Shown: positions 51,890 through 61,723 of the stretch, piece by piece
Layout of the letters: every line of letters begins with the position of its first letter
Position numbering within the stretch: position 1 is the first letter of the stretch
DNA from: the human T2T-CHM13v2.0 reference genome, Homo sapiens
Reading direction: 5' to 3' (one strand)
Assembly (NCBI RefSeq): GCF_009914755.1
Contig: NC_060925.1
DNA: 64,000 bases
Program-made: the position numbers and the translations under genes
The notes under the pieces: generated by a model
Told to the model about the DNA's origin: nothing
Seen by the model: the letters and a program-made list of their open reading frames with translations, nothing else
The model's database searches: none

Positions 51890-51895
51890 AATAAA
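51890..51895 (+). terminator. BCAN: BCAN distal poly(A) signal
   Basis: AATAAA ~370 nt after the stop codon, with GU-rich sequence downstream. Confidence 0.9.
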
Positions 51896-52495
51896 ACTGT
51901 GTATGAGCCCAGGCAAGTTGGATGCTTCTGTGTGTATGTCCGTGACAGACAGAGAGAGGTGTGGTTGGGCAGGGCATCATAGGATATATAGAGCTTCGGG
52001 GTTTATTCGCTTCCAAAGGTCAGAGACGTCCCCAAGATGTCAGCAAGTAGAACAGTGCCAGAATAGCTGCCAGGAAGTACTTATGGAATGAAGGAAGGCA
52101 CAGGGGTTGGGGGACAGCTGGAGTGATGCAGCATGTTTGCAAAGAGATGGAGTGCCCTGAGTGCCTAAGAGTCAAGTGAACGTCAATGAGTTCTGTCCTG
52201 GGAGGGAGAAGGGCTGGGGTCCCAGAGAGGAAGGCAGAGGTTGGTGCCTTGGTGTCCCAGTTCTGAGCTTCCGGAAGGGCCGGCCTTCCCTCATGGGGGT
52301 GTGAGAGTGAGGGTGATGGGAGAGCTCCGCTGGCACTGCAGCATGTCTGGGGGTTAGGCCGCAGGAAGGTTTACGTCCAGCAGAGGAGGCAGAGATGCAA
52401 GAAATAGGGAAACAAACTAAGGGCCAAGGGGAGGTTCCCAGCCCTGCGGTGGACTGGGCTTCGGGGAACGAACTGGGGGCCCGCACAGGCAGCGG

Positions 52496-52609
52496 CCAGC
52501 AGAGGGCGCCGCGGACCCAGCACGGTGCTCTGAGAGTGCCGTGTACGCGTGCGCCGGTGGAGACGGGCAGAGGGGTGCGAGGAGCCCCAGGATCCCGCTA
52601 GGGGGCGCC
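52496..52609 (+). promoter_or_regulatory. Two same-orientation CTCF motifs in a small CpG island
   Basis: CCAGCAGAGGGCGCC (52496) and CCGCTAGGGGGCGCC (52595). Confidence 0.75.
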
Positions 52610-52767
52610 GCGGACTTGCGTCCTGAGGAGGCGGGAGGGGAAGGGGGGTGGCTGGCTATGTGGGGGGGTTAGACTTCCGGCCAGGCTGATCTGGCCCTGG
52701 GGGCTGTGAGTCAGCGGAGGTTGAGAGGATGAGGTCACTCAGAGAACTGGAGAGTGACCCAGCGCCC

Positions 52768-52843
52768 GCGTGTGCCTGTGTGTGTGTGTGTGTGTGTGTA
52801 CGCGTGCGTGTGTGTACGCGCATGCGTGTGTGTGAGTGTGCAC
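52768..52843. repeat. (GT)n/(CG) alternating purine-pyrimidine tract
   Basis: Read directly. Confidence 0.9.
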
Positions 52844-53834
52844 CCTTCTCCCAGTGCACAGAATTGTTGGTGAAGTGCATGTCAGGATGCAGTCTGTCCT
52901 CATGATGAGGATGAATCATTGCTGCAGATCCTCAGGCACACACGGTCACACATAGGCACACACGTGCACACTGTCGTGTGTACACACTCCTGCATGTGCC
53001 CACTTAGTTACAGCACATCACCCACATGGGCAATACTTATTCCTTCTCTGAAGCCAGTAAAATCCAGAGACAGGGAGACAGATCCGGAGGAGCAAAGGCT
53101 GATAGTAATACGGGGAGACCCAGAGATAGTGGGCAAGACAGGCAGACACAAGTTCAATACAGCTCTGTGTTGGTGGGAGCTGGGGCTCTCCTAGGCCATC
53201 CCTGCCCAGCTCCTGGGCCTTCCCCACCCTATTTCTAAACTTGAAACCAGCTGGTCTCTGATATACCAGTGTGACCTCCCACACCCACCTACCACCACAT
53301 TCCTCCCTCACCCCAGGCCTCACCTCCCCCACCTTCTGCCCCCCACACAACTCTGCCCTGCGTGGCTAGGGAGCAGGGGCTTCTGTTTCTTAAGGAGCTA
53401 TAGGGAAGAGGATGATTCTGGGGCCAGAGTAGATCCTCACTGTATCCTGTATTACCCTGTGATTGTCCAGTCAATGCATTTTTAGGGCTCTCGGGGGCAT
53501 TTAGGTGGAACTGTGAGTGGATGAAGATCAAGGTGGGCCTTTGAAAGTAGGGCCTGAAGAGGAGAAGGCTGGGGAGGGGCAGTGTCTGTCCCTGGGCTCT
53601 TACGGGAGGTTCCCTGAGGTGGAGTTTAGATAGTATATTGGATTCCCCAGAGAGCCCATGGTGGTGAGCTGGAAGGGGCTTTGGTTTCCCATCAAGGCAT
53701 TCTCACCAACTCTCCCCAAGAGCGGCAGGAGGGCTCCATCATCTTCTCTGATGTATTGATCAGGAGAGCTCCAGAGGTAGACAGGCTGAAGCTGGAATAC
53801 TGCCCTGTCCCTGACACCTGCTGGGGTGTTCTGG

Positions 53835-53915
53835 CGGGGCCCGGAAACGGAAGCCCTCTCCTGGCTTTGTTGGGTTTCCTGGGGAAGGCGGAGCTGGTCC
53901 ACGGGTGACTCAGCG
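53835..53915. promoter_or_regulatory. Candidate promoter/enhancer: GC box, tandem ETS, ARE/AP-1
   Basis: GGCGGGG, CCGGAAACGGAAGC (53841), GTGACTCAGCG (53905). Confidence 0.55.
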
Positions 53916-53944
53916 TCCTGCACAGAGTCCAACCCCTGGCCCAG

Positions 53945-53947
<3 letters not shown>

Positions 53948-53991
<44 letters not shown>
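53948..53991. repeat. (GT)n microsatellite
   Basis: ~22 uninterrupted units. Confidence 0.95.
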
Positions 53992-53993
<2 letters not shown>

Positions 53994-55050
53994 TATCCTG
54001 GCCTTGGGCAGGAGGAATTGGCCCCTCATAGAGTGTCAGCCCCATCTCTGGGGATGTGGAGTAGGGGCCACATCTGTGTCTGCCTCTGCCTCCAGGGCAC
54101 AGCACTAATCTAACGATGTGCTCGCCCCTGCCAAGCCCCTGCATGTGTGGTTAAGCTCTCAGCCTCCTTCCCACATGTCTAAACAGGGGTCCCTTCGCAG
54201 AGTTTTCAGTTTCCTGGGAATGAAGGAGATCAGAATGTGTATGGAGGGAAGAGACCCAGCCTGGGTGAGATTTAGGGGCTTGAACATTGCCGAGGGGCTT
54301 GGCAGCCTGATGAGATGGCCTTCCAGAGAGCCCCAACTTATCTGCCAGGGTCTCCAGCTTCCTTCCTTCCAGGCTGCTCTACCACACACCTACCTCCCCA
54401 TTCCTCCCCCACACCCCCAACTCCCACAGCACTGTCCTGACCTCACTGGGGCCTTTGTCCCAGCCGTGAGGCCCTGTCTGTGGGCCTGTCTCCTGCACAG
54501 GGAAAGAAAGAGCCCCATTGTTCTGGCTGCCTGCTGTGACACAGCAGCTCCCAAAGACTTCCAAAAATGCTCAGCCCGTCAGGCTCCCGTGGGTGAGTGG
54601 ACTTTCCCTGGGGGCTGCAGGCAGATCTCTGCCTGGAATGAGGGCCCAGGTGCTGTCTCTCCCAGCTGTGCAAGAGTTCTTTCAATCTGCAGACTGGAGG
54701 TCCTTCCTGAGATCTGACTTCCGCTCTGCATGCTGCAAAGCAGCCTACTTCCTCCCGAGAAGGGAGAACTGAAAAAGGCAGGGACAGAGCATGAGGAACG
54801 AAAGGAAAGGAAAGGAAGGAAAAAAGGAAGGAAAAAGAAAAGAAAGCAGGAGAAAAGGAAGAATGCGAGGAAATTCCCCCCACTGAGAGACTCTAGACTA
54901 GTTAATTGTCTGAGTGGGTGGATCTTGTGGCTTCTGTGTTTATTCCCGGATGCTTCTTCCTTAGTATTTAGAGAGCTTGCTAATGGGGAGGCTGTTGACC
55001 ACAGGACTGGAGTATTTAAGGGGGCTAGGCCACAGTCCCCTGGCCCATGG

Positions 55051-55357
55051 GTTTTTGTTTCATTTTTTTGAGACAGGGTCTCACTTTGTTGCCCAGATTG
55101 TAGTACAGAGGCACGATCTTGACTCACTGCAACCTCTGCCTCCCAGGCTCAAGCGATTCTCGTGCCTCAGCCTCCTGAGCAGCTGGGACTACAAGGCGCA
55201 TGCTACCATGCAGGCAAATTTTTGTTTCTGTTTTTGTAGGAACGAGGTTTCTCCATGTTGCCCAGGCTGGTCTCGAACTACCGGGCTCAAGCAATCCTCC
55301 TGCCTCAGCCTCCCAAAATGCTGGGACTACAGGCATAAGCCACCTCGCCTGGCCTGG
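55051..55357 (-). mobile_element. Alu (AluJ)
   Basis: Reverse dimer flanked by ggcccatg/gccccatg. Confidence 0.9.
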
Positions 55358-56126
55358 CCCATGTTCTATAGACCCCAAGTGGCATCTAGGAATTCCTAGT
55401 ATCATTGGCAAGGGACATCGCTCTGTGCCTCAGTTTTCCTGTCAGGGTGAACTGAAGTTCTCTCTGACATAATTTCCTGGCAAGTGAAAGGAAGAAATCC
55501 TGGAGAGACCAAAAGACTCAGAAATTGGGAAGGGGCCAGGGAGGAGGGAGGAAAGTAGGTAGAAGACAGAAGAGAGGTGAAAATGGGGAGACAGGGAAGG
55601 AGAGTTGGGTCCCTGAGTGGCAAATGTCTCTCCTTTATGAAGAAGATGGAGTCCTGAAGACCCAGGAGGGGGCCAGAGTCAGTGGAGCATTCCCGAACTG
55701 TGAAGTCTCCCAGCCACCCTTCCTGGGGCTCTGGGGCCCTGGCGCTTGCAAGCAGCTGAGACGGCAGCTGTTGGGAGGGGGGGTTCCTCGACAGAGGCCT
55801 CCTGGCACCTGCCTCGGTTTATTTCTGGAGACACAGCTGAGTCATGGGGGTGGGGAGAGTGAATGGGACTGGGGGAGGGGAGACTGTGACTAGAAGAGAA
55901 GGTTGAAGAAGGAAGAGGGCTCTAGGGCCTGGGACTCTGGGACCTAGGGTCCATCCCTTTGGGGCCAGAGCATCAAGAACAGGAGGGACATCCACATTGG
56001 AGCCCCTGGAATAATGGGGCTTGGGGAAGGCTTTGGGGAGTAGGAGGCAGGGCCTCTACCCTTGAAATGTGGGAGAAGAGACAAGCCTGATCTGGGTGTG
56101 GGAATGCTGTGTTAGAAAGACTGGGA

Positions 56127-56452
56127 GGCCAGTCACAGTGGCTCATACCTGTAATCTCAGCATTTGGGGAGGCCAAAGCAGGCGGATCACTTGAGCCCAG
56201 GAGTTCAAGACCAGCCTAGGCAACATAGCAAGAGCCCGTCTCTACTAAAAATATAAAAATTAGCCAGGCCTGGTGGCTTGTACCTGCAGTCCCAGCAACT
56301 TGAGAGGCTGAGGTGGGAGAATCGCTGTTGTGAGCCAAGGAGGCCAAGGCTGCCGTGAACTAGGATAGTGCCACTGCACTCCAGCCTGGGTGACAGACGA
56401 GATCTCCATCTCTTAAAAAAAAAAAAAGAAGAAGAAGAAGAAAAGAAAGAAA
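56127..56452 (+). mobile_element. Alu (AluJ)
   Basis: Dimer with (GAA)n tail. Confidence 0.9.
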
Positions 56453-57497
56453 GCAGAAGGAGAGGGGAAAGAGGGCTCCCAGCAGGGAGGTAGATGGGAG
56501 ACCCCAGTGCCATGAGAGAGGAAAGAGAGAGGGCCATGTTTTCCTCTGTGGGCCATTCTTTCTGTCCCTCTCTCTGCTTCTGAGCCAAGCCGCCCCTCCC
56601 CTCGTTCAGCCACTTGAGATTCTCATCCTAGTCTTTCTAAGGTCGGCCTGTAGATTCAGGAACAGAGTACTTGGGTCCTTTCTTCAGGCACTCGAGCTGC
56701 ATTCAAGAGACATCCTGTTTTCCCACCTCCCAGGAAGACCCTCAAGTCTAACTTCCATCTGTCCTGCTGCAGGACCCATCCTGGAACTTAGCTCTCCCCT
56801 GTGGGTGGGGCTGGGGGTCCAGTTGGGACCCAGGAGCCTGTGCCCAAGCCCAGAGTCGTCTCAGGTTTCCTGGGCTTAGGTGGGCTTTTTTTCCATCCCC
56901 TCTCCCTTCCATGGGCAGCCTTAGAGAGCACATTCCAGCTGAAATTAAATCACATTCCTCTCTCCCTGCTTCATGAGGATGGCATTGCTGACAGCAGCTG
57001 TGACACCACAGGGTCAAGTGGCAGCAGCTGGTTCCCCAGGGAGGGGCTGAGAAGGGGGCAGGGAGGGAAGTGGAGGACCAGGGCCTGTCTTTGGAGGCAA
57101 TAAATGAATTCTGATTCTTTGATCTCAAGAGACCAGAGAAAGAGGCATAGACCCTGCAGTGGCAGGGATCAAGGTTAGACCACAGGATGTCCTAGCTGTG
57201 TGGGGATGACCCAGTCCCAGGAAGGCCCCGTGGGGGAAGGAGGTGTCCGGCATCTCTTTCTGAGAGGACACTGGAAGAACGCGCTCTCCCCACTCCAGGG
57301 CTGGGCTCTCACACAGACATTGAGGCTGAAGGAGCCCTTTAAGAGGCCACGCTCTGCACTCCCTTGGCCAGAGCCCAATGCCTAGGTCTTTGATTTCCTC
57401 TGAGACTCTGGTGGCAGTGGCGGCAGGAGCGGCAGCAGCAGCAACGGGACAGCATCAGGCTGGGTTGAATGGAGAGCTCAGCCCCTGACCTCACCCT

Positions 57498-57672
57498 CTG
57501 AGGCGCCTCAGCCTGCACAGCCTTATAAGGAAGTGCCCCAAACAAACCGAGGAAGCAACCTCCGGCCCCCCACCCGGCCCCACCCCGTCCAGAAGCTATA
57601 TTTACCCAGAGGAGGCCCCAGAATAACCTCCCACTTGTCCTTGCACTGATTGGAGGGGTGGGGGAGGGGGGG
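57498..57672. promoter_or_regulatory. Candidate cis-regulatory module: CArG, ETS, CACCC, MEF2-like, CCAAT
   Basis: CCTTATAAGG (57521) overlapping AGGAAGTG; CCCCACCC twice; CTATATTTAC; CTGATTGG. Confidence 0.5.
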
Positions 57673-57849
57673 ATACTGTCCCTCTGTGCTCCCTCCCCTG
57701 GGACTCCACCCTCAGAAGTTTGTCCCGTTGTCTGTCATGGTCATTCATTTATTTAATACGCGTTTATTCAGCACCCCCTGGGCTCCCAGGCACTGAGCTA
57801 GGCTCTGGGCGATGACCAGGACAAAGGTCTTGCTATCCCAGAAATTCCC

Positions 57850-59440
57850 ATGATGACAACATGTCTGAGACCCCGCAGTCTCCTGGTTTTGCTCCTACTC
57901 TGGCCTCCTTTTCCAGCTCCTTCCCGGTCATCTCCTGTCTGTCAGGAGCTCCTCTGGAGCTCTGTCCAGGGCTCTCTTCATCCTGTATGCTCTCTCTGGG
58001 GAATCTCTAGGCCAGTGACCCCCTAATTCTTGTCTCCAACCTGGCCCTCTCTCCTGTGCTCCAGTTCCATGTGTCCACCCACCCCAGGCACCTCCTCCTG
58101 GAGGTCACAATTTCCTGCTGGACTCTGCTGCTCAGAAAATAGTCCTACGTCTCCCAGCTGCCCAGGCCAAAAACCTGGGACCCTCTGCTGGCCTATCCCC
58201 CTCCCTACCGTGGATTACCAAGTCCTGAGATTCCCTTTCCTCACGTGTCTCTTCTCCACCACCACTGCCACCACCACTGTCTCCTGCCTGCACTGTGGCA
58301 GGCAGGAGCCTCCCTGAAGCCCTCCTGCCCACACCAACCCGTTTCCACACAGCAGCCAGAGAGTTTGACTTGAAATGCAAACCTGGGCAGGGGGCGGTGG
58401 CTCACACCCGTAATCCCAGCACTTTGGGAGGCCGAGGCGGGCAGATCACCTGAGGTCAGGAGTTTGAGATTAACCTGGCCATCATGGTGAAACCCTGTCT
58501 CTACTATACAAAAATTAGCCGGGTGTGGTGGCAGGTGCCTGTAATCCCAGCTGCTCTGGAGGCTGAGGCAGGAGAATCTCTTGAACCTGGGAGCAGAGGT
58601 TGCAGTGAGCCAAGATCGCACCACTGCACTCCAGCCTGGGTGACAGAATGAGACTCCCGTCTCCAAACACAAACAAGCAAACAAAAAATACAAAAATTAG
58701 CTGGGCGTGGCCTCGGGCGCCTGTAATCCCAGCTACTTGGGAGGCTGAGGCAAGAGAATTGCTTGAACCCAGGAGGCAGAGGTTGGAGTAGCCAAGATTG
58801 CATCACCGCACTCCAGCCTGGGTGACAGAATGAGACTCCTTCTCAAAAAAAAAAAAAGAAACGCAAACCTGGTCAGGTCACCTCTGCTTACAACCCTTTA
58901 GAAGCTCTCACTTCAGAATTCATTCATTGCCTCCAAATACGAAGAATTCTTTGTTTCCTGCCTATCTAATGAGACCTCTGTCCCCGAACCCTGGCTCTCT
59001 CTTCAGTCTCATCATGAACTTTCTCTTCCCTCCTCCACCGTCTGGCACAGGAGCCTTCCTTCTCTTCCTCAGTTGCCCAGGCTCTCTTCCTGCCTCTGAA
59101 CTTTGCACGTGCTGTTCCCTCTGACCAGAACCATTTTCCTCCCCCTCCTCCCCCACTGGCCACTCCTGCTCATCCTTCAGGTTCTCAGGAGAGCCTTCCC
59201 TGTCTACCCCCTCCCGTACACCCCCCAGCCCAGGTCAGGCGAGGTCCCCTGCACTCTGCTCCCATAACCTAGGGCACTTCTCCGTTTTCAGATATGATTT
59301 CCACTGAGAAGCCCTTGTTTAACTGGTAGGTAAAGCTGCCTGAGTGAGGAAGCACATTGTTCTTTATCTTGGCTCCCCAGTGCCTGCACAGCGCATGGCA
59401 TGTAGTAGATGCTCAGTAAATAGTTGTTAACAAATGATGA
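57850..59440 (+). mobile_element. L2 fragment, interrupted by an Alu trimer
   Basis: ctttgcacgtgctgttccctctg...; 3' end tgtagtagatgctcagtaaatagttgtt. Confidence 0.7.
58386..58857 (+). mobile_element. Alu with duplicated right arm (trimer)
   Basis: One left arm and two right arms inside one TSD pair gaaa(t/c)gcaaacctg. Confidence 0.9.
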
Positions 59441-61183
59441 CTACTCCTGTTCTCACCACCAGGAATGTCCCTGTTACTGTCCAACCCTCATTCCTCTTGC
59501 TGCATTGACAGACAATCACTTCCAAAGAGAACACGCCTTCCACGACATATATCCTTAGGGAAGTCCTCGCTTCTACCCTGTTTGAGATTATTGGCAGCAA
59601 TGGCCAGTTTGGTAACTCTATAGGCGATCAGGGGCCCTGTGTGGGGGGTAGGGTGGGCACCAGGCACAGGGAAGGACTGCTTGGCTAGGCCCCTGTCCTT
59701 GGCCCTTGCCCAAGCGGAGGTGCCCAAGGGCCTGGGGAGATCAAGCACAGGGCACCTCTGTCCCATTGGAGGGGCAGGGAGTGGGCCTTCCTTGCCTGGA
59801 TGCCAATGCACTGGCCCCAGGCCTAGCAGCCTGGCAGGATTAGATAGGGCCTTGTTAGCAGTGGGTACAGGAAGGAGAGAGCGGAGGTTTGGGCTGCCAG
59901 GAGGGTGGGGTGGGGAGAGACAGGATCTTGGCCCCTGAGGGATAGGGCATAGCGGCTGTGAAATGGAGCCTGGGTGCCCAAGACAGAGGTGCTAGATGGA
60001 GACAGGCAGAGAAGCAGACAGTGAGGGCCTGTCAGGGAGGCCCCTATCCACCTCTCTCTGGCTGGATGACAGAAGTAGGAGCCAGAGGGGCTGGGACTTC
60101 ATCTTCTCATCTTTCTCCAGCCCTCAGCCCTGAGCCCAAAGGGAGGAAGAGCCTGCTCCTGGACTTGGGATTGACTCCAAACTGGAGCATTTGTTTGGCA
60201 GCCCTATCCCACCCCCACCCGCGCTATTTAGAAGTGTCGCCAGATCTTCCTTCCCCGCAGAGCTGAAGCAGCGAGTGGTTTCTATTTGGGTATCCTGACT
60301 TCAAGGCCTGCAGGCCCCACCTAATCCAGGAACCCCTGGTCCCCTCCCTGTCCTACACAGGGACACAGAGAGCTCCTGGGAAGTGGGGTGAGGAGGAGAC
60401 ACTGTGGCTGGAGGACCCTCGGGCTAAGCTGCTGCCAGCACAGCACTGTCATCAGCACACCCCTAGCTCCCACCCTGACAGTTCAGCTCCCCCTCCACTT
60501 TCCCTTCTTCCCTGCCTCCTGCTGCAGCGTGTGAAGGAAGTCCTACTGAAGAGCTACGCTGTCTTCAGCCTCCTTCCTGCTCTCCTGGGCCCTGGGAGGC
60601 TCCCAGGTCACCTGGCCCAGCCTCTCTCATTGTGTGGCAGAGTCTGAGGCTCAGAGAGGATCAATGCTGACCTGAGGCCATGCAGCCAGACTGAGGAAGA
60701 ACAGGCCTGCCTCTTCCCTCACCCTGCTCCCACCCAGTCAGGCTGAGGAGATCAGGCCAGACAACTTGTTTGGGTTTAGAGACAAGGGGGCTTATTATGC
60801 TGGCGGCACCAAGGCACTAATGGGGGGGGGTATACAAGGGTGGGGGTGGCCCCAAGGCCTAATCCCTGTAATCAGTACTGTGGGCAGAGATGATGATGGG
60901 CCTGGCTTCTGCAGGCGCTGAGGTCACCTGGACTGGCCTCCCCCAGCCAAGCAACAGCCCCTGGCCCTCCCCAGGCCCCAGCACTGCTCCCTGCAGCTTG
61001 GGTCTGTCTGCCCTCATCCCCCCAGGTCCTCCTCTCCTCAGGAGGCAGCCCCTCCCCAGCACCAGCTTCCTCCTCTCCCCCGCCACCCCCCGCCCGCCCC
61101 CGCCATCTCTCTCCTGTACTAACCCTGAGGGTCCCCTCTGAGTGGGGGAAAGAAGAGTCCAGACTTTGAAGCGGAGGCATTAC

Positions 61184-61189
61184 TTTATT
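61184..61189 (-). terminator. NES: NES poly(A) signal
   Basis: TTTATT on + (AATAAA on -) ~535 nt after the NES stop codon. Confidence 0.88.
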
Positions 61190-61300
61190 CAGGCAGGGAC
61201 TAGCCAGGCAGGGCCACAGCGTGGCAGGGATGGGGGGAGTCAGCACATGGGAGTGCCGTCACCTCCATTAGCCACAGGCCAGACGGCCCAGGAGGGCGTG

Positions 61301-61342
61301 CTACTGCAGTGAGATGGTGCACTACTGCAGTGAGGTGGCGCA
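61301..61342. repeat. 21-bp tandem duplication in the NES 3' UTR
   Basis: ctactgcagtgagatggtgca / ctactgcagtgaggtggcgca. Confidence 0.85.
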
Positions 61343-61723
61343 GGGCTGGTGAGCTTGGGCACAAAAGCCAGCATGTCACCCTCCCTTTGGAGAAGCCTCT
61401 GGGCCACAGGCCTTTTCCAGCTGACGGGATGCGGAGGGAAGGGGACCTAGTACTATCGGGATTCAGCTGACTTAGCCTATGAGATGGAGCAGGCAAGAGA
61501 TTCCCTTTGCAGGGTGGGAGGTTATATTCCTACAGCCTCCATTCTTGGAGTAGGCTCCTTTGCCACACCCCTTTTCACCTTAGCGGGCCAGGCCTCTCAG
61601 CCAGAAACCATATGTCAAGAGATCGTAAGTTAAGAGTGCTGCTCCTGAGCAGGGAGCGGGCTTGGAGGCGTCCTTCCCCTCCCCGCACCCCTAAGTCCCC
61701 AGTGCCGGGCAGATGGTCTTTTC

